Assembly (NCBI GenBank): GCA_001244265.2
Contig: CDLV01000012.1
Location: 992,001 to 1,056,000 of the forward strand
Reading direction: 5' to 3'
DNA: 64,000 nucleotides
Origin: Microbotryum violaceum
Taxonomy: Eukaryota
The translations under genes were made by a program, and so were the position numbers. Numbering within the stretch: position 1 is the stretch's first letter; every line of letters starts with the position of its first letter. The notes under the pieces were generated by a model that was not told where the DNA came from, did no database searches, and saw nothing but the letters and a program-made list of their open reading frames with translations. Below are positions 24,544 to 37,893 of this stretch, piece by piece.

Positions 24544-26388
24544 ATGTCATTCGCAACACGCTCTCTGCTTCGCTCGTCGCGCTTCGTCGCTCCCCGCTTG
24601 GCGGTTCGCCAGCCGGTTCTGGCCCGTCGCACTTACGCGACCGGCGCCCCCGCTTCGGGAGGCAGCAACACGACCCTGTTCGCCTTGCTCGGTGCGGCCG
24701 CGCTCGGTGGAGGCGCCTACTATGCGTTCAGTGGTCACTCCGACTCGGACCCGACCAAGATCAAGGACGCCGCGTCTCCCCAGACGGTCGACTACCAAAA
24801 GTGAGTGCCCGGGGGGACCTGTGGCAGTGGTGCGCTCGGTCGACGGAGCGGGTGAGGCCGCGCTTGCTCCGTCGGCGGCTATCAGTTACCGCGGGAGAAG
24901 TGGTCTCATCTGTGTCGGTCCGCTACAGCGTCGACCGCGATTTTGACAGGGTACTCATTCGACCTTAACCTTTGATTGCTGGCAGGGTTTACGATGCTAT
25001 CGCCCAAGTGCTCGAGGCTGAGGATTATGACGGTGAGTGGGGATCGACAGCGGGCGGGCGCTTCTTTCAGCTTCGATTCCCGGAGTCGAGTCGGAAAAGG
25101 CGACGTTGCGATTGGCAGGGAGGGGTCCAGCGGATCCTTGCTAGTTATTGCTGCCCACGGGATGTGGGATCCCGAGTTACCTTGATGGCGGATGCCCATT
25201 CAAAGTTGGGCTTGTTTGACAGCAGACTCATCTCGGCTTATACTTGATTTTGTTCGACTGCAGATGGCTCGTACGGCCCCGTACTCGTTCGTCTGGCGTG
25301 GTGAGCCTGCCCTCTAGGTCCTTGACGCGCTATGCGGGTCACATTAACTAATGCTCTGGATCTCACGGCGATCACTAATCCGTTACTAGGCATGCTTCCG
25401 GTACCTACGACAAGACAACCGGCAACGGTGGTTCTAACGGCGCTACCATGCGCTTCGCTCCCGAGGTCGGTCTTAGATTCCGACCCCTCTTCTCTATCGG
25501 ACCGCACGTGTTCGTAAGATTGCTGACTTTCCTAGCCGTCGTCTCCCATAATATCGTCGCCCAGGCAAACCACGGCGCAAATGCCGGTCTTGATGTGGCC
25601 CGCAACTTGCTCGAGCCCATCAAGAAGCAATTCCCCGAGATCACCTACTCTGACCTGTGGACCCTCGCCGGTGTCTGCGCAATCCAGGAGATGGGCGGAC
25701 CTACGATCCCTTGGCGAGCGGGCCGCAAGGACGGCAACGTCGAGAACTGCACCCCCGACGGTCGTCTCCCCGATGGTGACAAGGGCGCGGACCACTTGCG
25801 CCACATCTTCTACCGCATGGGCTTCAACGACCAGGAGATCGTTGCTTTGTCCGGTGCTCACGCCGTTGGACGTTGCCACACTGACCGCTCGGGCTTTTCT
25901 GGGTACGTCCATTTTCGCTTGATCTCTCCTTTCTTTTTCGAGGAGGATAGTTCGGGAGAACTGACCCCTCTGTCTGGCATGATCTGTTCAGACCTTGGCA
26001 ACACTCGCCTACTTCTTTCAACAACGAGTACTACAAGCTTTTGCTGAATGAGAAGTGGCAGGTCAGTCGCATTCAGCCTGTCAGCGATCCATGCCGCTTG
26101 GTTGCTGACCTCTCTCTTCACGCATTCGCACACGCACACGCACAGTTCAAGAAGTGGAAGGGACCGATTCAGTACGAAGACAAGTCGACCAAGAGCTTGA
26201 TGATGCTCACGACCGACATGGCTCTGACGACGGACAAGGCGTTCCGACCGTACACGGAGCAATACGCCAAGGACGAGAACAAGTTCTTTGCCGACTTCTC
26301 CAACGTCTTTGCCAAGCTCATCGAGCTCGGTGTGCCCGAGAAGCAATTATCGGAGCCCCTCAAGCTCCGCCCTACTGGTAGCGAGTAA
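24544..26388 (+). CDS. CCP1: mitochondrial cytochrome c peroxidase
   Basis: Arg-rich presequence; [56 protein letters not shown]; multi-exon. Confidence 0.95.
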
Positions 26389-26751
26389 ATGGGCGGGCGA
26401 ATGGGTGGTTTGAAAAATTAAACTTGAACTTTCTTGGAGGCTTAGGCCAGGTTGTGGTGGACGAGGCTCGGCGATAGTGTTACTTTGCAGTGAAAAGGAA
26501 CGCTTTGTCTTGTTCTTACGAAGCGCACATAGCGGTGACTTTTCTCGAGCATTCGTCCAGGGGTCAGCTCGCGAAACGCGGCAACGGAAGCTTTTTCAGT
26601 CTCACTTCAAAGAATTACTCCAGCCTGATTCAAAGCGGAGCGAGCCAGTCTGCTCTTGCCCAGAGCCAACAATATCACCGCCCAACTGTCATTTCGATCA
26701 TTCAGGCGGAGAGGTCCCCGTCTTGGCCCCTTCTCTATCCACAACGCGCTC

Positions 26752-28451
26752 TCAACGTTTTCTCCCCGGTCGACTAGGTCGTGCAAATGCAGGCTTGTCT
26801 CCACCACCATCCCCAGTCGGTGTGCTTTCCCCTGCTACGGTTTGTCCGAATTCGGCGGCTACAAAAGCGTCGGTGATTTCCTCGGGTGACGAAGTTTCGA
26901 GCTTCAAGTGGACAGGGAAACAGATGTGCACGCTCAGCGTGCGAGCCAGGCTCAGGAATCAGGACTGGAATTTGTCGTTTCAGTACTTACTCGTTTGGAC
27001 ACGTCGACGCCCAAGTTTGATGCCATCGTTCGGACCGAATGGAAACTCGACGCGTAGATCATGCGCGACTTAATCGGGGACGTGGAGGGGCACGAGTAGA
27101 TGAATACTGCGTAAAGGAGGATGAGCTTATGAGCCCATCAAAGTCACGTAGGGGGTTCAGATGATTCTGTGATTCAAGCATCAACGCACCCGTTCCAGCC
27201 GAGTGTTTGTAGAAAGTGAAGCATGGTGCATCCTTTGGCAGTGCGAGGCTGGAGGGTTGTTCGGGCGAGGGAATGATGCGTTCCTCTTCGATCCGCTGTG
27301 GTTTGTGATTTGACAACCTTGTAGGTTAGCAAATGGGTTTCCGAGTGCCGGGTTTAGCACCCAAACCCACCAGCTCGACTATCTCCTTGTCTCCAGCAGC
27401 GAACGTCTTGATCAGCTCGGCGGCTTCATCGCTCCACCCGGTCCCCACTTTCTTCCCGTCCGCTGAAGCCCCTTCGGTCGAGCCCGAAAGATCCAACATG
27501 CTCCTCGGCTGGTTCGCGTTTTCGCTTGTGTCGCCTTCTCGTCTCTCTTTGGCTTCGGCGGCTTTGATGTCGGCGATCTCTTGTTCCCTTGCGGTCAAGG
27601 GGGCGCTAGATTGTTGGGCCTTTAGATGATCCCTGTACGCGGCGAAGGTCAATTCATCCTGGTAGAGATGTGAGGTGGGAATCACGGTCAGTCTGGGATG
27701 TCGATGAACACCCGAACTGAAGAGGTCCCTATCGTACCTTTGTAGAAGCGAAAATGGAAGAAGAAAACCTCGAATCGCCTAGTGCCCGGACGAAGGATTG
27801 TTGGGACGAAGCGTAAAGCATCTTGGAGCGCACGGGGGATGCATCGGGGACGTAGGAGATGAAGAGCCACGATTCTGGATTGCGGTTCCTTTAGGTCGAG
27901 ATTCGTAAAGGTAGCAGGCGGACACCAAAGTAAAGTTGAATGCAAAGTGGGGCCCCAGCATGTTATGAGAACGGGTGAGAAGGAGCGGCATAAGAGAGCG
28001 ACGGGGTTGATATCGATGAAGGGGTTATGAGATCAAAGAGTGTGAGCTCTCGGGGACATTAGAGGGGAACGGGAGATGGCCGCACCTGTAGAGGAGGAAG
28101 CAGGGCGATTGGTCTTCGCCGAGTGGACTCAGCAGCTCAAAGTCTTGCTCGTCCGAGCCCTGCGCGTCGACTTGAGCGGCCGAGATGATCGTCTCTTGGT
28201 CGATGACGGTCTAGAAGTTGTCAGAGTGAGAGAGAAAGAGCGTCAGTGGATGCCGTGACGAGCGGGCGGTGCGACCGAGCTCGGGACCACGTCGTCGTCG
28301 TCACGGTACGTCACTCAGTGGCACAGACTGCCCAACATCAGGTCTGATCTGAGCTGACCTTGATGATGCGAACCGGTGAGTCGGCGCTCAAGGCGTTGGC
28401 CCATGTGTCAAGCAGATCCTTCGAGGGAACGATTCCTGATGCAGCCGCCAT
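26752..28451 (-). CDS. TWF1: twinfilin (two ADF-H domains)
   Basis: MAAASGI..., [32 protein letters not shown]-terminal capping-protein-binding tail [11 protein letters not shown]. Confidence 0.88.
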
Positions 28452-29041
28452 TCTGTGCTGGGCGGGTGTGGAGAAGGCGAGCGAGGGCGGGCTGGGCACT
28501 GCAACCGACCGCCGAACCGGGCTCGGAATCGGGACCGGCGGTGCACGGACCGCGCGTCCGGCCGGTCGAAAGGCGGCAGCAGGCGGCGACAGACCGCGAC
28601 AGGGACCGACAGGGAAACAACGGACCGCGGCCACGCATCAGCTGAGCGTGATCGCGCTTCCTTCGCCGCAACTAACTCCAAGTCTGCGCTTCAAAAACAG
28701 ATCCAGAAACCCGACACGTCTGGCATCGTTTTGGACTCACCCAGAGTACCTTACGGCTTGCGCAACGAGCGCCGCGCCCTGGACCGCGCCAACGCCGGTC
28801 TCGCTGCGAAGTAACGATCCGTCTCGATCCGAACGGGATAGCGTCGCCGGTCTCAGCCTTTGCCGAACCTCGACTTGATCCGCTTGGGCGTTTCAAGTTG
28901 TAGCATCCGATCCAACCCTGTCTGAATTCCGACGGCTTCTCCAGAGGAGGTACGTCCAGTTCGCTCCGTAGACACAAGCCGGGCGCCGTTTGACGATCGC
29001 CTTGGGCAGATATCTGTACATCGCTTGCTCACCAACCATTC

Positions 29042-31968
29042 ATGTCCCTTGGATGCCACGCAGCCACGACGATGAATTCAAGAGCATTGATCTCGAGATG
29101 CGGCTGCACAATCGCATCTTCGCGATCGCTGGCTAATACCCGACACCACCCCGCTTTGGCCTCTTCGAACTTGTGCTCCTCATCGTCGACCTCGATCCCA
29201 GCGCCGAGACCCTTCTCGTCGTCGAATTCCAGCTCAGCCGCCTTCTCAGACTACCGAGATCGGAAGCAAGACCGCGACCGAGACCGTGCTTATGATCGAG
29301 ATCCGAGAGGGAATGACCAGAACCGAGGCAAGGACGATACCCGCCCTACCCAATCCTACCCTGCCAGGAGGAACCCAACCTCTCCGACGTCCTCGCTCTC
29401 GTCGTCCACGTCATCACCATCATCGACCTTCTCAGCTCGCGAATTGTCGGCCCAATACCCCTTGAGGTCCAACTCCATCAAACACACTCGCCACGACTCG
29501 GACAGACCTACGCCGACGTTGCAACCTCGTGTCGGACGAGCCCTTCGCGAATGGCAGAAATTGTCACCCGAGGAAAGGAAGCGCGAGGACAGGGCTCGCG
29601 AACGGCTGCTCCGAACGATGAGCCCCGAGAAGCTGTACGCCTTGGAGAGGGAACGCGCGAGGTTGATTCAGATCAAGTTCGAAAAGAGGGATGCCGAAGA
29701 GAGGCAGCGATTGCTCAATAGTGCTAAGAACGTGGGAGCGACAGGGGTCGTCAGGAGGGTGAGCCAATTGACATCGACGTCGCCGCCCGGGAACAGCCGA
29801 GAGATGGTGCCCGGCCGAGTCAACTCTCGGCTGTTGACGTACAGGAACTCGGACCGAAATGCGGTACCCCCCGTTGTCCGGGGCGGAGTGCAACCCTCTT
29901 CCTCGGCCCAACGTAGGCCGGCTAGGAAACAACCTCGAGCCCTCAAAAAAGTCACCCTCCCCACCACCGTTCGTCTCGAAAATCTCACGCGCATCCTCGG
30001 AGTACGGCTACCAGCCTTGCAAAAGGCAATGCAACGCATCGGACTGGACAACGTCCGACCCGAGCGCCTCTTGACCGCCGAGGACGCCTCCCTCGTTGCT
30101 CTCGAACTCAACTTTGATCCCACCGTCGACGACGAGGCCGCCTTCGATCTTTACCCCTTACCCATCCTCGACGAAATCGAGCGACCGCTGAGGCCACCAA
30201 TCACAGGCATCTTTGGGCACGTCGATCATGGCAAGACTTCTTTGCTCGACGCACTGAGGCAAACCACCGTTGCCAAGGGTGAAGCGGGAGGGATCACACA
30301 ACACATCGGTGCATTTGAAGTCGAAGTCGATGCCATCGTTCGCAATCTCAGCAACGGCGGCAAGGACGGTACCGTTCCCACTCCGTCTTCGATCGAGCCC
30401 GACTCAGGCGCGACCATCACATTCCTGGACACGCCCGGCCATGCTGCGTTCACGGCCATGCGAGAACGTGGAGCAAGCGTGACCGACGTCGTCGTACTCG
30501 TCGTCGCTGCTGATGACGGCGTGAAACCTCAAACCGAGGAAGTCATCGGTCTCATCAAGAGTGCCGATGTGGGCGTCGTGGTCGCCATCACTAAAGTTGA
30601 CAAGCCTGGAGTAGATACGGTAAGCTTCCACGCATTGTTGCAGTCATTCGATCCTCGCTGACATTGCTGAGAGTTCATCTGCATCAGCTCAAAGTCAAGC
30701 AAGAACTGATGGCGGCCGGCGTGGAGATTGAAGATTTCGGCGGCGACATCCCCTGCGTTGAGGTATCCTCTGTCACTGGGCATGGTCTCCCCACCCTCGT
30801 CGAGACAATCTCTGCGATCGCCGAGATCCGCGAACTGCGAGCCGAGCGATCCGGCCGAGTCGAAGGTCGCGTCATCGAGTCCAGGGTCGAGAAAGGGCGA
30901 GGTAACGTTGCGACCGTGTTGGTGATGCGGGGTTGCTTGAGAGCGAGCGCCAGTCTCGTCGCGGGGACGACCTGGTGTCGAGTTCGATCGCTCATCCCTC
31001 CGACGGGAAAAGCGGTCTCACTCGTTTACCCTGGCCAACCGATCGAGGTGACGGGATGGAAAGATTTGCCTAGCGCGGGCGACCTCGTCCTGGAAGCCGT
31101 CAACGAGGACGAGGCTAAGCGAGCGGTCACAAACCGCGTCAAGAAGATCGAACAACAGAAGCTTTGGGAAGAGGTTGAAGTCATCAATGAGAAGCAGAAG
31201 GTCGATTCAGAGGTGGAGCTGATCCGGAGGGAGGAAGAGGCCAAAGCCAAAGCCAAAGGGCTGCATAGGAACGCCGCGATGTACGCTGGACAGGCTGCGG
31301 TCGAGGAATTGACGGGCGGTGAAGGTGCGGGTGTCAAGGAGTTGATCCTCCTCATCAAGGCTGACGTCAGTGGTACGGTCGAGGCCGTCGTTGGATCGCT
31401 CCAAGGTATTGGCAACTCGGAAGCCAAGGTCAAGATTGTCAGCTCGGGTGTCGGCGATGTGCAGGAGTCGGACATCGAGATGGCCCGAGCGATAGGTGGC
31501 GCCGTCGTTGCGTTCAACGTACGCACCCCTGCATCCGTCATGAAACTTGCCGCTCGACCGCCACATCCCGTTGCCGTCTACGCCTCATCAATCATCTATC
31601 GCCTCGTCGATGTGATTCGGACCGCTGTGGCCGACTTACTCCCCAAGACGATCGAGGTGCGCGTTCACGGTGAAGCGCTCGTCCAGCAACTTTTCTCCAT
31701 CACCATCAAGGGTGTCAAGGTCCCCAAGGTCGTCGCTGGGTCCAAGATCTCGAACGGGGTCTTTCAAAAGACTCGAAAGGCTCGCGTGGTGAGGAATGGT
31801 GAAGTCATCTTTACTGGGACTGTGGATACGCTCAAGCACGTCAAGAAGGACGTAACCGAACTCACCAAGGGAGTCGAATGTGGTATTGCTTTGGAAGGTT
31901 TCGAAGGCTTCCAGGAGCAAGACTTGATTCAAAGTATCGAGGAGATCGAAGTAGCGAGAACTCTCTAG
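29042..31968 (+). CDS. IFM1: mitochondrial translation initiation factor IF2
   Basis: [57 protein letters not shown]. Single intron 30620-30687. Start is 29042 or 29072. Confidence 0.95.
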
Positions 31969-32094
31969 TAGCTTTGATAATGATATAACAATCTCATCTC
32001 TGACAACAACGTTATATATCGCAATATAGAGATCCAACTGCCGATCCATGCAGGGGTCAAGCTTTATGCACCAGGGCTAGTATCGTCGTCTCAC

Positions 32095-34096
32095 TCAAGC
32101 GGTCGGACTCGTTTCGGGGTACATCGCCGCCGTCTCGCACGATTTGACAAACCTCCACCTGCCACGCATGTCCATATCCATACTGCAAAAGTATCTCCCC
32201 ATCACGGAGAGTCCCGCAAGGTTCTCGATGCATTCGAACGGAATCGAGCGGTGTTCCTCGTCGCCGATGTTCTCCTGTGCGACGTAGCGCGTGCCCCCGC
32301 CTTCGATGATAACGTGGTAAAAGGGTTGGGACCTGCCGTGAGGAAGGGTGTCGACGTCCATTGACTGAATCCATTCTTCGCTGGCCAGACACTCTTCGTC
32401 GAATCCTCTGACAACACCGCAGTAACCGAACAAGCGATGTCGGAAGACCTGAGCATCGATAAGATTGGAGAAGTTGAGGATGAAGGTCGCGCAAAACTTA
32501 GTGGTCAGGGAGAGGTACTGACCTGCCCGATTCTCCACCGGATCCTCGAGGTCCCCAATTGCGGTTCCGGTCCGACCATGTCATCATCACGCATCTCCCG
32601 ACAAAGGCGTAGCACCGTCTCGGCGCGCTCGCCCGTAAAGACCCGGGACAGCGTGTTCTCGAGGTACGAGACATCATGGGGATACTCGGCCTGAATGACT
32701 GATACGGCCCAGTTGGCGTACAAGTGCCGCGATTCGGGCGCCGCAAAGTGGTATAGAGCCAGAGCGACAGAGTAATGCGCCGAAACCAAGGCGTAGTGAT
32801 CTTGGACAACATCATCATCGCCTCGTCGAACCGAGGCGAGAATATTTTGCGCCACTCGCCCGCACTGCAATCGGAACCGTTAGCAACTGGCCACAGCACC
32901 GCTTGGGCGTCAAGACATGTCGACTCACCATGGTCTTGGCTGGAGCGGGTCCAAGGCGACTAATGGGCATCACCATCTCGAGTCTCATGCCAAGCAGCAT
33001 CCTTTGAAGGTCGCTTGGCTGGGCGATCTTGCCTTCAAACACGTTGACCATGACCCAGTCTGCACTGTCTCCCAACGCAACGCCAGCCAGCATCACGCCA
33101 GGGAAGCCGATGGGTTTGGCTCTGATATTGTACTCTTTAGGCAGTCGTCGGACGAATGAGCAGAAGATCGACACGAGAGACATGGGCAATGTCCCGGACT
33201 CGAACCGAGCACTTGGGTCGGCCTCTGGGTCGATGCCGCTCCAAACGTGCGACAAAAAGTGGTTGTCGAGATCATGGAACGAGGTCGCATCCGCGGCTCT
33301 GAATCCGATTCGACGCATGTAGGACATCACGGAGACGGCGACGTGCTCCAAGAGCGCCTCGCCTTGGACCCGCTGTGAAGCAAGTAAGGCCAAAAGCTTG
33401 GGATGTCGAACCATGTCGTAGCTAAGAAGATACTGTGCAATACAGTATGAGGCGGTCGAAGCGATGAGCTCGCTGCACTCTCATCGGATGGAGGGTGGTG
33501 TACCGGTCTGTTGGGGAAGTGCGACTCACATCCCTATAGTCTACACCATCCCGGAACGCGACAAAGGCCCAGACCCCCTTTTCAAACGAGTCCTCCTGCT
33601 CGACGGTCTCATCGGCGATAGTGGCCCAGACCGCGATCGCCTGGTCCCTCAAGATACAGCGGTAGGCTTGTTGGGCCCAGTACCGTTCCGAAAGCCAGGT
33701 CAGGGGTCTGTCGAAATCTTCAAGGCGCTGCAGTTGCACCAGCGCCTCGATCACCTCGTCGCCTTGGCCTCGCAGTGCTTCGATTAAGGGTATGCGGCCG
33801 TGTGACGTCGAAGCGAGCGTCCGGATATCGTGCTCTACTTGGGTATCTCGCATGGATCGCAGGCGGTAGAATTGGTGGGCATCATCGTCATAGGTGCACT
33901 GCTTGCCGCGACGCCATCTTGCTGCGACGTGGGGTCGCCACAAGTAGCTGTCCAGCGCGATCTGACGCAATGACCGAGAGGAAGCCGAGCACGCGAGCAA
34001 CGTCTTAATCGACAAATGCAATTGGGTCGGTAGGCACGACAGGATCGCCTGTAGTAGCTCGGGAGGGAGCGTGACACCCCTTGTCGGTAACGTCAT
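32095..34096 (-). CDS. F-box protein with transglutaminase-like (SirB1) and YccV-like (hemimethylated-DNA-binding-type) domains (FBXO21-like)
   Basis: N-terminal LPPELLQAIL...LW F-box; GTLPMSLVSIF...PIGFPG; C-terminal WRIGQ|VFRHRLFGYCGVVRG...QPFYHV...YVAQEN. Confidence 0.8.
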
Positions 34097-34308
34097 GGTT
34101 CGTACAGCGAGGCGAGCGACCTGCGACCAATCAGATCGTCCACACCGGCAAGACGAGAGAGAGCTAACCGGGGTTCGGCCGGCCCCCAGCAGTACCGAAG
34201 GCGTCTCCACTCCCAGCACGCCTTGAAATTGGCTGACCCGACTACATGTAAAAAATCGGTCTCCCTACTTTCTACAAAATCTAATATCTTACACAACAAA
34301 AACCCGTC

Positions 34309-35254
34309 TTAATCATCTCGTTCCTCCCGGAATCGAGGATTATCATCGACAAAGCCCCCCATGCCTGCCGGGACTTCTGGCTGAGCGTTGCCATAATGAT
34401 CGCCCCGGTAGAGATCGTCCTGCTCTTGCTGCCGTGTGATCTCGAGCGCCTTGATATGACCCCATCCTCCTCGGCCTGCGTCGAATTCTTGTCGGAACTC
34501 GTCTCGTACTGGATGGGAGTAATGTTGTAAAAGTCAGTCGAAGGCCGCCACGGTCGAGCCCCCACACCAAAAGAAAGACTGACCCTGTCCTCCAGATTTG
34601 CCTCGGCCGTATTGCCTATTGTCGAGGTATCCCGGATCAAGATCGGCTCGAATCAGTCGTTCGTCGAGTTTGGTGTTGGACACGTATCGCAACGATGCCA
34701 GCGCGTGTTCGTGGTGGAAATATCTGATCGGTGCGATGATTCGCCGAGAGGAGAGTAGAGCCAGGGACGAGGAGGAAGAACTTGTCAGCTGGACAAGCCC
34801 TCTGGGTGACCGCACACCAGCAACTGGACTGACTCGACAAAGCAGAAACCACACGGGGTCTTTGTGTTGCGGTCAAGACCCATGATGATGCGCTTAACTT
34901 CTCCGACCCGACTAAAGAGCTCGTAGATCTGTTCCTCCGTCGTCTGCGTGGGCCAGCGCCACATGAGAAGTTGGTGGTCAGCTGATACCTCGAGTGCAAC
35001 ACATGTGAATAGCGCACGCAAAGCTGGACGCACAAAAAAGGACAGGTTGCCGACATAGACCGTCGACGACACGGCGAGGTTGGCATGCTGCAGGTCGATC
35101 GACAGCGGCGAGCGGCTATCCCGGTACGACGACCAGCACGACAGAGCTTGGCAAACCGTAGTCTGTGTAGTGAAGTGTTGAATCAGCACACTACCCGTTG
35201 AGATGCCAGGGCGTGTGACGAGAAGGTGCAGGAGGAGGCTCAAGGACTGACCAT
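34309..35254 (-). CDS. CBC2: nuclear cap-binding protein subunit 2 (CBP20)
   Basis: ATG|intron; [22 protein letters not shown]...[20 protein letters not shown]...[13 protein letters not shown]...[15 protein letters not shown]. Confidence 0.95.
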
Positions 35255-36869
35255 GGTGAAGAGCGTGGGCGACTGGATAGGTCCGTTCTGCAGAGGCAAG
35301 GACTCGGATAACAATGGTGCACGATGCGAACGAGTGGAAACTATCCGAATGAGGTAGAGAGCTGCGCTGGCAAGTAAGTGTCGGATACGAATCGCTGATC
35401 GTTGCGAGAGAGAAACGTAGAGCAGCGCGGCAGCCGGCCGGTGCACTTTGCGCCAGCTTGAGGCTGAGATGTCCGAGAGTCTCTAGATTGCAACATCCGA
35501 CGGCGCACCGAGTGTGCAGCCCGGGGAACTTCTTGAATGCCACCCGCACTGGTGTGTGCGATGTAATCTACCTAGACCAAACAAAACTTTTCAAACTATT
35601 CAAACCCAAGCCGTGGGAGTGTTGCATCCCACCATCCGCTCTCTAAGCTGTTGTGCCGTCCTTATCCTTCCATCCCCAGCGACCTGCCAACCCGTGACTT
35701 GATATCCAACAACGACGACGATGACACAGACGTTGTTCTACGTGAGAAGAATCAAGGGATGTCGCGTTGCTGAATGTTAGCAGGCTCCTTAGGCTGGTTG
35801 TCGGATAGATACGGCGAGGAAAGCGTGACTTACTGATGATCGAGAGGGGAGGGGACGATGGCAATGTTGGCACAAAGTGTGAGACACAAAGGTTGATGCG
35901 GGCGACCGGATGGAGCCGATTTGTAGTCGCCCTAGGCGTCTGATCGAAACGAGGGCAACATCGACAATAGAGGGTAGGGGTGGGTTAGGAGAGCGAGGGT
36001 CAGCCGATTGAGTCTCTGAGCCAAGTGGGGGTTCGGTCGCACGAGGTCGCACCGGGCCAATCCAAACGCAGCAACAAGGCAGCAGCCAACTCACCCAACT
36101 CCATCACTCTATACTCGGACCATCGACAGCGACATTGCACGAAGGGGAGGGCGGGTGCGAAGTGTGGGTGGCAGTGGGCCTTTCTACGAGTTCGATGAGG
36201 AAAGAGAAAGAGAGAGAGGTCCGGCCGAGCCAGCGAGGTCATGCTCTAATCTTCCGTCTACGGACCCGCTTTGGGGGACAATGAGGTGATGTGCACCCGA
36301 GTTCCGCGGCATCACGAAACGTACATCGCGCCGAGCAACGGGTGACTATTCTACTGTCGGCTAGTTTCGTCTTTTTTTCTTTGTTCTCCCTGTCCAGAAC
36401 AGCTGATGTCCCTGGTTTTCCAGGCTAGAATGTAGTTCGACAACTCGGATGTCGGCTCAACTCGAATTCTCCCGGTTCGGCGACGTACGAGCTGTCGGGA
36501 CTCTTCCGAACATTCCGCATCGATTCGGTTATTTCAATGTGATGTTCATCGAGCTCATCCATCACGCCTTTCGGCATCCCGCTCTGTGTTGGTGAGAGCA
36601 CACAAGGTTAGGAGCAAAAAGAAGAGCAAGGAGGAGTGAGAGGGCTCGAATTCGATCGATAGATTATTTTTTTGAATTCTGTAGTATATCTACATTTGGT
36701 CGTGCCATACATGCTCTGCCCAAGAGAGTGGAATCCATGTTTGCTCCAAGTCGAAATCCATCGTGAAAGTACTTGTGGAGTTGCAGTCATCAAAAACTTA
36801 CTAACCCCATGGATCAGATCTCTTGCACATGATCCAGTGGATTCCCAGGACCTTGCTCTGCGGCTATAA

Positions 36870-37697
36870 TGCAAGTGCACGCCGACCACGCACACTGATG
36901 CAGGCCCGTGCACCCACACGCACACTAGCCATTCCACTTCTGCCCCAGGGGCTGGTATGCATGTCCGTGCACAGACGCGTAGATCATTGCATACGCTCGC
37001 AAGTTGGTCTACACGAACTTTTGGTCCAAAAGAAGGTCGGCGCACGCCCATGCACACTGATGCACACCCGTGCACGTCGACATCGACTGAACCAATGCCG
37101 CGCCGGTGCGGACCGAGGCGAGCCAGCCAGGGACTTGGTATTCGGAATCATCCGAGTCGGAGGCGTGTGCATGAGCGTGCAGTCGTGTGCACATCAGTGC
37201 AGTTGCTTGGATAATTAAGATGCAACCGTACAGATCCAATTTCCGGTGTGTGCACTCCAATGCACACCGATGCACGCCGATTCTGGTGCGTCGCGGTGAC
37301 TCATCACCGGCGTTACGCTTGCTGGCCGGCGCCGGAGCATTCTTGAAAATGGATGCACTGCGACCCACTACTCGGAGAGCACATGTCTTGATTAGGTGTA
37401 CACGATTAAACTCAACAACCGTTCGTTCATAGCAATACCACATCCGTGCATGTGAATGCAAGCGCGTGGTCGAGATCGAGCCTCAGCTTGGCCGTCGTTG
37501 GTGGACCGGTGCGCTTGCACTACGCAGCGTTTTAGCCGTACGCGTGCCAGGAGACCGCCGTCCGGCCGCGCCGCGCTGTGTACATGGATACAAGCAGGTG
37601 CATGGATCTGAATCTCACATAAACTGATACACCAAGCTTTTGGAATCAAAATGCATATAGGTGCACCTCGATGCACCCCCTTGCACCCCAATGCACC
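36870..37697. repeat. array of clustered, 10-bp-phased YGCA(C) decamer repeats
   Basis: YGCA at 36889/99/909/919; 36958/68/88/98; 37041/51/61/71; 37168/78/88/98 (inverted); 37251/61/71; 37447/57; 37652/62/72/82/92. Confidence 0.8.
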
Positions 37698-37893
37698 AAT
37701 GCCGAAGATCGATTTGGGCCTGCGGACCACTGCTGACCCCTGTGGATCGTGGTGGCCGCCGCATCGGGCGGCAGCGACGTCTCTAAGGGGCTCGTACGAA
37801 ACGGTGTTACCTATCAGGAAACGTTCCGGCAGAACTCGCTTGATTTGCACAGCACATCTTGTCTGGTTCGGTATGTTACCAGTTCCCAAGTTC

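Noticed and set aside
36870-37697. CRISPR-like repeat/spacer array
   Set aside because: Eukaryotic context, no identical 25-45 bp repeats, irregular spacers and no cas genes.
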